A stretch of DNA of 63,654 nucleotides, the filler included, from Reticulomyxa filosa (lineage: Eukaryota > Protista > Foraminifera): assembly GCA_000512085.1 (NCBI GenBank). It is 22 parts of 22 records of this genome, joined end to end, with 100 filler letters (N's around TTAATTAATTAA, not from the genome) between each part and the next. Parts side by side here need not be neighbours in the genome. Positions count along the whole stretch, not along the records: positions 23,975 to 27,145 come from ASPP01017447.1; positions 27,246 to 30,178 come from ASPP01023242.1; positions 30,279 to 32,176 come from ASPP01038370.1; positions 32,277 to 33,740 come from ASPP01015962.1; positions 33,841 to 35,230 come from ASPP01026726.1; positions 35,331 to 39,347 come from ASPP01011168.1; positions 39,448 to 44,208 come from ASPP01001877.1; 15 more parts are not named here. One strand, written 5' to 3'. Below, in pieces: positions 26,443 to 40,393 of the stretch (positions within the stretch are counted from its first letter, which is position 1; the number at the start of each line of letters is the position of its first letter). The translations under genes and the position numbers were made by a program. Under the pieces are notes generated by a model. It did no database searches. It worked only from the letters and a program-made list of their open reading frames with translations, and had not been told where the DNA came from.

Positions 26443-28939
26443 TTTGACGCTTGTGTGCGGAATACTAACAAAAATGTTCAACTATGGAACGTTTCCCTTC
26501 AAGGTTTTTGTTACCTTTACGTCTCTGTACTGTATTCTAGTTTGTCCGAAATGCTAAAAGCATGATGCAGTTTGTGAAATCTCGAACATTTTAAATCACA
26601 CATTTTTCCAACAACTGAATGTAAATATTCAACAATATGTATTTTTTGGGTTTCTTAGCACTATTTGAAATTTCGTATTATAAGTTTGGCTTGTACAGAC
26701 CGAATAAATTGGAAAAGATGATAAATTTCATGATTATAACTCGCATATAGTCACAAGATCAAACAAACAATTAGATTATCTTTAAATTTTCAGACTAGAG
26801 CCACTTCGTTAAAAATATGATATTATACGTTGTGATTGTTGGATCGAAACAACATTTATGTTTTGTATTATTTGTTTTGATTTTAGATATTTTGTATATA
26901 TTTTATCTAGTTTAGTACAAACTAGAAAAAAAGTACAAATATGTATTTTTGACGACAAGCTAACAACGATCCAAAGGCAAGAAAATTTTACAATATAATA
27001 ATATTTTTCATATTAAAATGTATTATAATTATATTTATACCAAAAATGATTTATTTTAATTTTAAATTTTATATTATTTAATAAAACATTTAGCTCTAGT
27101 GCAAAATACAGTAAGATAAAAAAGAAAGTTGACACATAAAATGCCNNNNNNNNNNNNNNNNNNNNNNNNNNNNNNNNNNNNNNNNNNNNTTAATTAATTA
27201 ANNNNNNNNNNNNNNNNNNNNNNNNNNNNNNNNNNNNNNNNNNNNTTTTCATAAAATATGATTATTGAACTCAAATTACAAACTTTTTTAATATTGAATT
27301 GTGCTTTGGACAGTTGCAAAAACTCTTTTTTCCTTTTCTTGACAAGGTTGGAGTTCTCAGCGCTGGTGTTGGACGTATGATCACACCATTTCAATATTTG
27401 TTACCGAATGATGTGCATATCATTCGTTTCAAAGTTGGCCGTTATCATTACAAAATTCACAACAAGGCCACTTTCCACCAAAACGGGCAATATTATATCA
27501 AATTACACAGACAATCACATCGTCTGTCAAACCAAATATCGCGCCAACTATCGCGCCAACTCTCACACCAGCAGCAACCATCAATCAATTATCATACAAA
27601 TCACGGTCATAAATATTGCCAGTCAAAATTGTAAGCATATAACATGCTTTGCAAAAATAATAAGTGTGATATTACGTGATGCAAATTCCAGTTAATTTCT
27701 CTTTACCTTTCTTTCAATGAAGAAATAAATAAATAAGAAAAGTGTTAATAGAAGTATAAACAAAAATTTTGACAATAATAACGACATATTTTAATTTATT
27801 TATACATATATACCCATATAAAATATAAACAGACAATGACATGGCCTGTGCAAAACGTTGTGCTTGAATACTTGGCAAAGCAAACAACGGCGACACATAC
27901 AACCGAGACAATGCGCGCACTAGTGATTGGATTGTTGGCGTTGTTGGTATTGTGAGTTATTACTTGGACGATTCAATGATCCTGGCAGCATGTTGGCTTA
28001 TACTGAGCCAGGTGTGATGCGATATTATATATCCATGCACACTAATGCGCCAGGTGATTGTTCGTCCAGTGGAAGAATTCACAATAAGTTGTAGAAGTGA
28101 GTTGTTGGCTGGTATTATAATACTATTTTCTAATTTGAGCAGCGAGAAATTCAATGTATTGAATCACATATCATTAACAATGGCCCGTAAATAAAAAATG
28201 ATATAGTGCCAACCCGCAATATGACAGTGCCTGCGACAACATGGGACAGTTAAGCATGTTCAACTAGGACACGACCAATTAGTATATGTCAATAATTTGA
28301 CTAATATACGTATATATGTACAAACTTTTTTTAAATGTAAAATTATCCACAAAAACAACGTATAACTTTGATATTGTCTATTTGATTCACATTATTTAAA
28401 AAAATATAGGTGACAAGAAGTACCAACAACGACACTGACGATGACACCAACAACAACAAGAAAATACGGGGTAGAATCCAACTCCGTCTCCGAAAGGAGT
28501 ATAAAAGGTTTGTTCTATCTTTATATATATATAAATATGTTTATGTGTTATGTGTTTGTGTACAGGGTCCCCCGCCTGAAACAAGTTACCATATTTACCA
28601 CACACAAATTGAGGTTGAATGCCGTCCGGTGTACAAAATAAAAAATAATGGTTTGTTATATTTTATATGTGTTTATCTTTCTTTTGTTAAAATAATGTAA
28701 TTGTGTGTGTATGTCATAAATAGGAATTCCCCATCACAAAGAAAAAAATATATTTTATGTTTTTTTTATCCACATCCTCCGTACAAAAAACAAAAAAAAT
28801 GTCAGTGTTTGATCATAGTAAGAAAAGTTTGAAATAAAGTTAAAACTACACTTTAACATGTAACTATTTTTTTTTGTCTAAAAATATATAAATAATTTTG
28901 TTTGTTTGTGTGAATAGATTTCCAATGGTCCAAATTATT

Positions 28940-29240
28940 TTTAAAGAAAAAAGAAATTTAGAAAGAATGGTGGTGGGTGGGGAAAACATATAGAATAATT
29001 AATAAAAAGGGAGAAAAAAATAATAGAAAAAAGGGTGGTGTAATTGGAAAAATTGATAATTGAAAAAAGGGAGGGAAAAAAATAGATATTGAAAAAGGTG
29101 GGAAATAGAAATTAGAAAAAAAATAATTGAAAAATAATAAAAATAAAAATAAATGGGGAAATAAAAGATGAATAAAAAAAAGAAAAAAGAATTATGAGAA
29201 AAGAAAAATGTGATAAAAAAGAAGAAAGAAAAAAATGAAA
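28940..29240 (+). repeat. A/G-rich, almost C-free low-complexity tract
   Basis: About 300 nt with essentially one C on the + strand; loose repeats of GAAAAAAGG and AATAATTGAAAAA. Confidence 0.7.
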
Positions 29241-29869
29241 GTATAATTTTTATTTTAATGTTGGAGCATTTACTCCAAAATCATTCTATCTCCAGAGGAT
29301 AGCACATTTATTAGTTAAGTAAAATAAATATATTTATGTATATATATTTGACTTGACAAAAAAAAAATAGCTGTATGACAATATTCAAATCCAATTTCCA
29401 TCTATTGCGCTTCATCGTATTGTTATAATTGACAATGTCGACGTATACGTGCATGCCATTGATAGTCAACAAATAGGTTATGATCTAATAATTATTTCTC
29501 TTGTGCAATTACAACATGGAATGTCCTGGATATCGTTGAGACAATACATCACAAACAAAGAAATTTAAACACTCAACGACAATCTGATCAATATCTTATC
29601 CATCACGTTTCCCAACAATAGTCTCAACTTTGACAAAAACAATATCAAACGGTATCTTTCTATATATATTCACAACAATGCATGCCACGATGTCTCTGCA
29701 CATTTACACCACAGTTGTGAGCAATCTAATTTGTTACAAAGTTGTCTTGAAGTGTGCTGTGTTTTTTGGTGTACAGGTTGATTATTGCATTGATAGTGAA
29801 AAACAAGATTGTGGTCTTATAAGTGATGACGCAGTGACAAGAGTCCCCGGTTACATCTTCGATAATTGA

Positions 29870-30178
29870 ACGTTGCCTCCAAAGCGTCATATTTGGGAAG
29901 CAAATAGATATTATTTCAAACAAGCAATCCTTCAAGAAATAATACAAGTCAATTCAAGTGTTCAATATTGCTATCGAAAGAAGATACTCTGAGCATTATC
30001 TTTACGAATTTCCGGAACAGCAGCAGTGGTAGTCAATTCTACACTTTTTTAATTTAATACCATGCAGTGCGGCACAATCAATCATTCGAATCAATGACAT
30101 ACTGTGTGATATGATAATACAGCTTACAAATCGTATATCGACCAGTTTGTCTATTGGCGCAATGGAGGTAATTGTGGT
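29870..30178 (+). repeat. Dispersed degenerate repeat family, copy 1 (divergent, opposite orientation)
   Basis: cgtcatatttgggaagcaaatagatattatttcaaacaagcaatccttc and ggcgcaatggaggta align with the reverse complement of ~59760-60055 and ~31585-31720. Confidence 0.7.
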
Positions 30179-31239
30179 NNNNNNNNNNNNNNNNNNNNNN
30201 NNNNNNNNNNNNNNNNNNNNNNTTAATTAATTAANNNNNNNNNNNNNNNNNNNNNNNNNNNNNNNNNNNNNNNNNNNNCAAACCAACACGGACGTCATAC
30301 CAACTTGCATCGCTGAAGTGTGCCCAGCACCTTTGGCGTGTGATATTGGAGGCACATACAATATCATATCAAATACATGCAAAAAAGCAACGAACATCAA
30401 TATCCAATCAGTCAGATATTTTCATATAATTAATTTTGGGAGTGAAAGTTGTATTTGACAGCAAACACATAACAATCAATTGCTACTTGTGTTCCTCATT
30501 TCCATGTACAGCATCTGTATGCACCTTCAAGGAATTTATTCTGTTGGTCCTCTTTATCCGCATTGCTTCTTTGTGCTTCTCACGATATATTCATACTTTT
30601 TTGCACTGATACGTCGTCGTTTCTCTTTCACACGATTCATTGCTGCTTGTTGTACTGTTTGAAATAGTCAGACTATATTTATGTTTGCTTCCACATTCCT
30701 TAGTTTTTTTCTATCCAAAGCTAAAAGAAATGACTCCACAACGAGAGGACTGATACATATTTACAACCACTGACAATATGATACAAAGGACGTATAAATC
30801 CACATCGAGAGTGAAATACAACATTTTTATCCATTAAATGGAACTTCTTCCAATTTTATGCGCTTATTTTGTAGCTTGAGCAATGCAGGATCTCGTGTCA
30901 CAAGGGATATTTTCTGCAGAATAGCGACCACTTCACTATCTTCATAATTCTCTGCTGCTGTTGTCCAATGGTAACATCACATTCACATTCACTACAATCG
31001 CAGAAAGGTTTTCTCGTTCCTTTCTTTAATTGTATGGATCGATTTGTGGACTCACCACGAAGCAATCCATTTTTTGTGATGTAATTGTGATATTTACCAG
31101 AGTTGGGCAATCACACTGTCGTAAATGTATTCATTTGGTGGATACTGATTCAAATTGCCTCCTTTATTCTCGATGATGGTGGCTCATAACACGATTATAT
31201 TTATGGCCGTTGATGTGACCATGGCTTTTTCCATGTGGT

Positions 31240-32176
31240 AAAACGAATTTGGATGGCAAGCAATTTGAGCAAGCGTCATTGCCAGAGGTACCCCAGTGTC
31301 TGCGAACAGCACACAATACCATTTGTTATCAAGAATAAGGTATTCAATGCTTGCACAACAACCAAAGATGCAATCTTCAATGGAATGCTTGTTACATAAG
31401 ATGACACTGCTTTGAACCACTTGTTTACAATCTATGAAGCTTTCATCTGAGCCCAAATGTTTCAATTGGATAAGATCTTTTGAGCTGCTGTCTTTTGTCT
31501 TGTTATTCGAACATACAGCCACAGGAGAAGGGCCAAACAATGACACGTCAATTACTTTTCCGTTCATTTCAATGATAACGGCGACCACCTCCATTGCGCT
31601 GATAGATAACCTAGCCCATATATGATGTTGGCGTAGTGCACAGCCCATCACTGGCTCGAATGAATTGGTTGTGCACATTGCATGGATGCTACATGAAAAT
31701 AGCAGCCATTGACTACTATTGTCGTCGTGCCAGTCATATTTTCACACTGTAATGATATTCAGGAGATGCGATTATTGAGACCTCGGATTGTAAATATCGA
31801 TGGTTATATTCTTTTGATTGATCGTGACTTTTTTCTGTAATACGTGCTCGGGCTGCTTGTCAACTTTGATATTGCTTGCTTGTCGAGAATAGATTAAGCC
31901 AAATCTTTGCACGCTGCTGTATGATTTTTCATCAAATTGGGAGTGAGTCCAGAAGTATGAACAACCAATATTCATATACTATCGATACAAAATAGTTGGT
32001 GTCGACAAAAAAGTGGAGTGGCAATGGTGCAGCAATTGAGTTAAACGCATGCAGCGAAAATGGTGCATTACAAGCAGCAAATTCTTGCATTTCGCACTTC
32101 TTTTCGACAATCCATTTGGAACGTCTTCAATACACCGAATTGAATCAATGCCAGTATTTTACAAGAAGGTGGACCG
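31240..32176 (-). repeat. Dispersed degenerate repeat family, copy 2 (pseudogene-like, internal deletion)
   Basis: Colinear and highly similar to 59410-60520 (e.g. aatttggatggcaa, caatgacacgtcaattacttttccg, aaacgcatgcag, ccatttggaacgtcttcaatac). Lacks the segment ~59920-60095. Confidence 0.85.
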
Positions 32177-32276
32177 NNNNNNNNNNNNNNNNNNNNNNNN
32201 NNNNNNNNNNNNNNNNNNNNTTAATTAATTAANNNNNNNNNNNNNNNNNNNNNNNNNNNNNNNNNNNNNNNNNNNN

Positions 32277-32632
32277 GCGAAGTGCCACACCGGCAGCCAT
32301 TCCTCGAAAAGTTGCGCACGATCGGAGACCAGAAGCGCGATCCGGCTGGCGAGCGGGGCCGCCTTGTCCACCTTTCGATCGGGCCCGAAGGCGCGGCTGA
32401 CCGCGAGATCGAAGGCTGCGGCATAGAGATCGGAAAGACGGACGAAATGCTGGAAGAGCGTCCGGCTCGAAATGCCGGCGATGGTCGCAATGGCGCCCGG
32501 AGTCGGCTCGACATCGCCCGCCTGGATGAGATCCAGGGTCGCCTGGATCAGAGATTGTCGAACCCGCTGCCCCCGTACGATGCGTTCGTCCTGTGAGCGC
32601 GACACATCTACCGCGAATCCGACGATCTTCAT
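32277..32632 (-). CDS. Bacterial TetR/AcrR family transcriptional regulator (3' truncated)
   Basis: RGQRVRQSLIQATLDLIQAGDVEPTPGAIATIAGISSRTLFQHF is a TetR HTH; high-GC, intronless. Confidence 0.9.
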
Positions 32633-33260
32633 TGGGAACCAATAGAAAGAGATTTGCCCTGACCAGTAAACTCTAACATCCACCGAATTTCTCGTAACTT
32701 GCAAAAATGCACATCTAGATATTCAAAAATCCCCGATTCATTGGTTTTTATGTCTGCCAGATAAGCATTTTTGGGATATCTGACGTTGCAGATATTCGGC
32801 AATTACCAGAGACCCGCGGAGCGGTCCGTAATTTCCCAATATTTCAACGCAGTGCTCGGGAAATCCAAAAATACGAAAGGCCGATCGCTTGGGGACGACC
32901 GGCCTTCCTTATAAGCCCGCCTGGGTGTGGGGTAATCGAAGCCTTGGGGTGTGTGGGAAGGGCTTCGATTGAGCGGCTTGGGAGGCCGCCGGCGGGCTGT
33001 GCAGATTTTACAGGAGACACCCTAACAGGGCCGGGGCGCATCCAGTTAGTTGCATTATTGCATATCTGCTTCCGAGAGGCCCGCCCAAAACCCAACAAAC
33101 TCTAAATATTCATTGACCCAGATAGACGAAAAAGGGACTGCAGGAACTGCTCACCGAGCCGCGGAACGCCTGCATTCGTGATCTTTTTCAATCAATCGGG
33201 ACGCCCGACGCGGACCGCCGGCTGAAGATTCGCTGCAAACGACGTCCTCTCGCATTCATT

Positions 33261-33740
33261 CTAGTCTCCGATCTCCAAAAGGACCGGCCGAAGGTGCTGG
33301 AGGAAGCGGTCGGGATCTTCGCTCATCGGGAAATGTCCGAGACCCGGCATGATGATGCATCTGGCTCCCGGCACCAACGCGGCGACTTCCTGCGTCTCCG
33401 CAGGCGAACACGAATAGTCGTACTCACCGGTCAGCAGAAACAGCGGGCAACGGCCGGCATCGATCGAGGCGATGCGCTGGCGAAGATCACCATCGACCTT
33501 GTAGAAATGAAGGTCGCCTTTGAAGATGCCGGGACCGCCCTGCATGTAGTGCCAGAGAGTTTCCCAGCGATGGGCGCTCGGCGCGTCGGGCCCGACGAGG
33601 CCCGAAACGATGCCAGCACACACTTCGCCACCATGCACATCGGCATGATGCAGCCAGTCGGTATCGTAGTAGGGCGCGACATGGGCCGACGCCTGGAGTC
33701 CGATCAGCGCCCTGAAGCGATCGGCGTGTGTCGCCGCGAG
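33261..33740 (-). CDS. Bacterial alpha/beta fold hydrolase (5' truncated)
   Basis: CPLFLLTGEYDYSC...VPGARCIIMPGLGHFPMSEDPDRFL carries the acid and His catalytic motifs; high GC. Confidence 0.9.
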   Translation of the reverse strand, partial: LAATHADRFRALIGLQASAHVAPYYDTDWLHHADVHGGEVCAGIVSGLVGPDAPSAHRWETLWHYMQGGPGIFKGDLHFYKVDGDLRQRIASIDAGRCPLFLLTGEYDYSCSPAETQEVAALVPGARCIIMPGLGHFPMSEDPDRFLQHLRPVLLEIGD

Positions 33741-33840
33741 NNNNNNNNNNNNNNNNNNNNNNNNNNNNNNNNNNNNNNNNNNNNTTAATTAATTAANNNN
33801 NNNNNNNNNNNNNNNNNNNNNNNNNNNNNNNNNNNNNNNN

Positions 33841-34490
33841 GGGGATATTTGGAGGGAACGATATGTAGAATTGTGGACAGATGGGAATTGGCGTGAATAC
33901 AATGAAAAAGGTATTTTATTGAATGTGATTAATATTTCATTGTATCAACACATTTATGCCCTTTACGATTGTCAATTTTCTATTGTTATGCCTGGACGTG
34001 TGTTTTTATTTGTTGCAAACACACAATCCGAAAGAGATCATTGGATTGATTGATTGCATTTGCATTTACAATTTAATTCAAATGAAAATGGTGATAATGA
34101 TAATGACAATGCTAATAATGAATATGAATATCCAATCGAAGCAGTAGTATATATGGAATTGAAAGAAAAAAAAGAATGCCGGGACGATTTGAGAGAATAA
34201 GTGGCAGTGTTGGAATTAATATGCAATTCAATATTGGTGGAATATCAATGCACATATATTTGATATCAATGGTGCAATAGAAATAATAAAGTAATTTTTT
34301 GCACGTGGATGTTTTGTATTGCTTGTAATTTGGAGCAACTTATCCTTGACACACCACAATCACAACCAAGTCATATCTTTGAAATTCAACCAATTCATCG
34401 CAAAGTGCAATTTGGAAGTGAAAATGTGGATATTTCAAACAATAGGTTCATTTGATCCAATTTCGTGCCAGATTCATTCGTGCTCGAGGA
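33841..34490 (+). pseudogene. PH-domain protein remnant with in-frame stops
   Basis: WRERYVELWTDGNWREY...FSIVMPGRVFLFVANTQSERDHWID* matches the PH C-terminal helix (A.s..e...Wi). TGA at 34051-34053, with further stops downstream. Confidence 0.65.
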
Positions 34491-35337
34491 TTGAGTGAAA
34501 GTTTACAATATTTCATATTTATCCTTTTCTTTCTATATCTTTATCCTTATTGTTTGTTTGTTTGTTCGTGATAAACAAGTGAGCGAAACAGAAGCTGATA
34601 TTTCAACAATGCCAAAGCTTGAACAAACAAATAGATACTCTTGATCCTGTTGTTATTTAAGATTTTTTCATTTCGTCTTATATTCAAACAACTTCTCAAA
34701 TGATTGTTTGCGTTGGTAAAGAAAAATCAAAAAAATGAATAGAAAGAAGAAAAATTGGTGTTTTTTTTAGCGTAGATTATTTATATTTCATTTTATTTCA
34801 TGTCTCGCTTTTTCTTATATTATTTTTAGCAAACCTTTGTTGTTTCGTGCTCGTCACATTGGTTTTATGTTAGTTTTTCTTGAACTAAATAAACTGAACT
34901 AAGTTAAACGAAACAACAAAAAAAAAGGACACTAATATACACATTGGGAAGAGATAATAAACATGCATTAGTATTAACTCACATAAAGATTAAAGTGCAT
35001 GTATTGGATCCTGCACAATTTGTAATGATTTATTTAGTCTGAAAAAACAAAAAATATTTTATTGTATAAAATAAATTGACAGTCAAAAATAAATTAATAT
35101 GGATTATTATTTTGATAAAATTATAATGAAATATAGAGATAAAATAAAATGTACTGGTTTTTTTTGGAGTATACACATTTTAATTTGTTCTTTATACGAA
35201 TACAACTGATTTTCCTATTGTAATCATGGCNNNNNNNNNNNNNNNNNNNNNNNNNNNNNNNNNNNNNNNNNNNNTTAATTAATTAANNNNNNNNNNNNNN
35301 NNNNNNNNNNNNNNNNNNNNNNNNNNNNNNTTGATAG

Positions 35338-35775
35338 ATTGCAATTGAACCTTCGAGTCGATGGCATGGGCAAGGAGTACTAGGCTGTGAGGTTGGAGGT
35401 GGGTTAATCCATCATATCCCCTCATTGAAGGAAGACCAGGACCAAGTCACTCTTGTCGTCCCAATAACCGACAGCACGAGTGCTCCGCATTCCAATTCAA
35501 CTCAATCCAACAATGAAATGAAATCCAATCACATCACTTCGACCAATGCACTCCCATCATCACAACCACAACAACCACAACAACTACAGCAAACGTTGCT
35601 CTCATCACAAACACTTCAGCAACAACGTGATATTAAGGTCACCAACATTGTCACCGATCATCTTGCTACTATCGCTCATGGTGATGCTGACAATGCTGAT
35701 AATGACAATGATGACCATTATGACACACATGATGCCGATGCTCCGGTATATCATGAGCCTTTTTTGGACCAATGA
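35338..35775 (+). CDS. GRASP55/65 (Golgi reassembly stacking protein) last exon
   Basis: After the tag acceptor: IAIEPSSRWHGQGVLGCEVGGGLIHHIP, matching the GRASP PDZ2 end [25 protein letters not shown], followed by an S/Q/P-rich tail as in GRASPs. Confidence 0.8.
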   Translation: MAIEPSSRWHGQGVLGCEVGGGLIHHIPSLKEDQDQVTLVVPITDSTSAPHSNSTQSNNEMKSNHITSTNALPSSQPQQPQQLQQTLLSSQTLQQQRDIKVTNIVTDHLATIAHGDADNADNDNDDHYDTHDADAPVYHEPFLDQ

Positions 35776-38700
35776 TAAAACATTATCAAACAGTCCTTCG
35801 TATCACAACTTTTCTTTTCCATTGCCCATCTTTCAGATTTTTGCAAAAAAAAAAAATCCCCCTTCTTGCAACGCCCAATCAATGTTTTTTTTTTTTTGCT
35901 AATTCATTTCTTTGCTTCTGGTGTTTTTTGGTTGTTTCACAACTGATGCTAATCCTTATTTTTTTCAGTTTGTTTTTTTTACTTATTTTGAGAGAATTCG
36001 ATTTCAAAATTAGTTGAAAAAACTCATCTTTAAAGAGAATCTTCACAAGCAAGACCTAAGAGTAATGCTTCAATCGGTGGATTCTTTACTTGTTTTTATT
36101 TTTGAAATGGTTCATTGGACACACTAAAATGATTCGATCAAAAAGGCTAGATTTGTTATAATCATACTCGCACACTAAATTGTCTTCGTTCACAAATTTA
36201 TTAGTACAACAACACCATACTATCTTGCTGTCATGGTTTTGCTTATAAAATTTTTCAAGCGATAAAAAAAGTTTAAAAAATATTTTTTGTTCAAAGGATA
36301 GCATCCAGAAAAAAAAGGAATGAGCAGATCTCCAAATAAAATCTAATTAATGAGGGTTTTTTCTGTCATATGGTGACTATTACATAACATTTCTAACTTT
36401 ATGACCAAAAAGAAGTAGTGAATGTAACTCAAATAATTTTCTCGTCAAGAATAATGGAAATGGCATTGAAACAGTTAAAAATTTGTTGTTATTTTAACTC
36501 AATGAGACTATAAAGAGATGGAGATACGGTCCAAGACAAAACAAACAATGTTGGTTTTCCAATCATAATTACAAATTGATCATTTATTGGAGAACGCAAC
36601 ATATGGTTTCAATTGAAAGCCATCCAAATTTGGGATTTGTAAATCTAAAAGTCTGTCAATGTTCTTTTTTTTATTGTTTTCATCAATTCCCCACTGAAAA
36701 TCGCGGACTCTTCCGTCTCGGGCTGATCCCAGTTCAATACATCCTTTGCTCTTTTTTGATTGTGGGTAGGCAATAGGTCGTTTGATTTGTTTTCATCGTA
36801 GTGGCAACGACAAAAACTTAACACAAATACCTACCTTTGTGAACCATCTCGGTCCAAATTTACCAGTTCTTGGTCTCCTTGAAACCTTGAAGCGCTTCTG
36901 AATGAAAAATAAATCTTTACAGAACATCGTGGAGGAAAATTTGGATATTAACGTTCCCTTTTCTCACACCACAAGAACTTTGGTCTTTCCGTCACTCAAA
37001 ACATTAATTCACAACTACAATGTCTTGTTAAATTAGCTAACCTTTACTTTCCACAATTTTTCTTTTTGCTCTCATTTTTTTAAAAATAGCCGATTAAGGG
37101 ATTGCAAACTTAAGTTGTTTTTCAATGATTTGGGTTTGCAAAAATAGGGTCAAATCTTGCCATTTGTGAAGAGATAATATTTTATAAAAAAAGATGAGGT
37201 GGGGATTCAACACAAGCTTCCGCAGTCTAACACATAGGGTATCCTTCCCGACTAATGGGCTCCAGGGCCGAAGTACGTGTATTTCTCAGCGATGGATGAC
37301 GTCCTGCACTGTTCCACTTCGCAAGACGCTGGTACAAACAAAAACCGAAAGACCACCCCAAGATACTCCCGCTAGCGTGGTGTATTCATCAATTTGGTAT
37401 GGGCTTTCTTGCCATCTCAAACTGATAAAATACAGATTCTTTTGCTTTGGCTTGTTTTCTTAGCTTATTAGAGACAATGGAAGAAGGAGCACATTTGCTG
37501 GGTGTCACAAGCTCTGCACTCTCGATGTCAGGTAGGAAATTTCCTCTCTTTTCTTGATCTCGAAAATTCATGAAATTTCGTGTGTGTTTTTGACTAATCA
37601 ATATCAATCGTGGAAACTATTTGGGAATTGCAGAAGAGGAGGAGGAGGATGGTTTGTGTGTACGCTGATATGCGCTGTATAGAACAATTTTTTTTTGTTA
37701 CCGAAAACAACGCAGTGTTTGTGTGGTTTGGTTCTGTTTGGAAATGCATATGATTTTCGTTGGACCTTTTTGCTGTTGGTAACCCACTATATTTTGCATC
37801 CATTCGAACCAAGGGTTAACATATGCGTCATTGATGCTTTACAGGAATAATGCTTTTGCATCGCCAAGATCAGTTACCAAGGCGTGATTTATGACAAGAC
37901 AATTTGTTTCTGCCACTTGTGAACTCAGAGTGAGCCATACAATTACTTTCTTTGGACACTGAATTATATATAAATACAAAAGTTTTTTTGCCTTCGTTCG
38001 GGCTTCCTTCAAAACATTATTATAGCTTTCGCTCTGCAAAAATACCTTTGTGTCCGATATTGGCACAAATTCACAAAACATATTTCTTTAGTATATTAAA
38101 AAATCATCGAAACGCTATATTTCGCATATTAATTCTAATTTCTTGTTGAGTATAAGTTAATTTATGCAATATTTGATATCAATTGCGTCTGAGTAACGTG
38201 TATATTCTCTTTGCTTCTAGAATTATGCATGATGTAAGTTTGTGTTGATATAATAATACTAAGTTTCGACAATATTGTAGCTTGTTAGTTATAGTAGAAT
38301 TATCTGATATTTTTTTTGTTTGCAATATTTGTGCTTCAATATTATATTGATTGATCAGTATTTTTTCAAATTTTTTGTTCAAAAAATTTCTACGAATCTT
38401 CAAGTGTTTAAAATGCATTTTATTTTTTTTCTTAGATTTTTTTGTTAATTGCAACATTTTATATTTCTACGACATTGTGCTTTACTTTATTTACTTTTAC
38501 ACATCAACAGTATAAAAAAAAGCAATTTTATAATGTAAACTCAAAATTAAACCAATATTCACAAGAAAAAAATTAAGTTTAATAAAATGCTGTAAAAAAT
38601 AATGAAATATTGTAATTGACAAGAAATTGTAAAAAAGTTAAATCCATTTTGAAACACTTGAAGATTTACAAAAACAAGCTACAATAATAAGAGTACAAGA

Positions 38701-39312
38701 AAAACGGCAATAGTTAGACAACTTGAAAACATGTTATTATATTGAAAGTAATAATATTTAAATATGTACATATATCTTATATCAACAGCCTTTTCTAAAA
38801 AAGATGAAGTATTTGTTTTGTCCAGTCACGATTCATAAAACTAAATTTTCAAATATTGAATTGTAAGTCAGATTTCCAAAAAATAATATTTAGTTGTTAC
38901 TACCCGGTTGCAGGACGAAATATTGTACGCAACGTTTCTTAAAAAAGTTGTAACTCCTTTCTAAAGTTACTATCATTTTTTTTGAATTTTGTTCTTTCCC
39001 ATCTTGTTCAATAAGCACCAATTTTTTGCCTCTATTTTTCACTTTGTCTTTTTGGTGTCAATTATTTCATTAAAGAAAGAGAAGGTAACAGTTAGTGTGC
39101 GAACAACAAAAACAACATGCCGACAAGTGCAACATTGGAAACAAAGAGCAAGGAGCGACATCCAAAAAAACAAAAAAATAGAATGTCTGCTGGTGGAGAC
39201 GTGGCCGTTCCAGTGCCAGTACATTTTGATGGACACAATATCAACATTATTACGGAGGTTATTTGATGTATCAGACTTAGCTCCATTCATTTTTGTTTTT
39301 GTTTTTGTTTCT

Positions 39313-39347
<35 letters not shown>

Positions 39348-39559
39348 NNNNNNNNNNNNNNNNNNNNNNNNNNNNNNNNNNNNNNNNNNNNTTAATTAAT
39401 TAANNNNNNNNNNNNNNNNNNNNNNNNNNNNNNNNNNNNNNNNNNNNAGAATTTTTTGTGGATCTTTTCCTTTATTTTGTTTTTTTTATAGTACTGTGTT
39501 CCTTTTGGGACGAGGTGCTCGTTTTAACTAGGACAAGATCTCATTCTTGGTTTTCTCAA

Positions 39560-39800
39560 CCCAATTAGTGGAAGATGAAATCACAGCAGTGATTGATATA
39601 AAAAAAGATGAAGAAATAAAAGATTTTTCATTGTAGAATGAATATCATCAATGAATATCACTGAGGGTCAAGCATTGATTGATTCATAATTGGAGTTTCA
39701 AGCTTGGTTATGTGCCAAAATTATGGAAACGAGCAAAACCAGATAGAGATTACATCATCTGCAAGAAACAATTCATTGGGGATCGATCGTGGAAACTAGA
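39560..39800 (+). mobile_element. Degenerate non-LTR (LINE) retrotransposon RT remnant
   Basis: LIHNWSFKLGYVPKLWKRA-KPDRDYIICK resembles the LINE RT region FN.S...G.VP..WK.A(.IVPIP)KP..D....N.RPI with the IVPIP segment deleted; stops flank it. Confidence 0.55.
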
Positions 39801-40393
39801 CTCAGGATCAAAGTGTGAAGCAGCCAAGTTTGTAATCAATACCAAGAGAATGATTTGAACATTTGTCAAGTTTCTTCAAGACAAATCTCAATTTAAATTG
39901 AAATAACTTTCTAAAAAAAATAAAATCCTTCATCTAGATAAACTTTTCAAAAAAAATGTTGTATGTTGAAGGAAGACAATCACTGAACAACTAGAATGTA
40001 ACATCTAGCAGTATCTGAAAGTTCGAAGTTAATCTTCGATTTTTAACAACTATTTTCGTCTTCAATAAGATTGTAGCGAAATCAAAAACAAAGACAAAGA
40101 TACAAAAAAAATACTTTCAAACTCTAAAAAAAGAAAATTTTCAGATATCTGACATTGCGATTTTGCGCGAGATCAGATATATACAAGATAACAAACGAAA
40201 CACCCAAAATTGACAGTCGAAACAAAATAACATTAACAAGAATGTCGAACAAAATTGAGTCACTTTTCTATTAAATAAGCCTAAATGGCAATATCAACAA
40301 CATTCATATGCTTTTCTTTAATGATAAGTGTTTAAATTTTATTTTTTGTTTTATTCAATTACAAATATTTATTGTTGTTCAAATTTAATACAG

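Noticed and set aside
32844-33098. 84-aa ORF between the bacterial genes
   Set aside because: No recognisable domain; likely intergenic.
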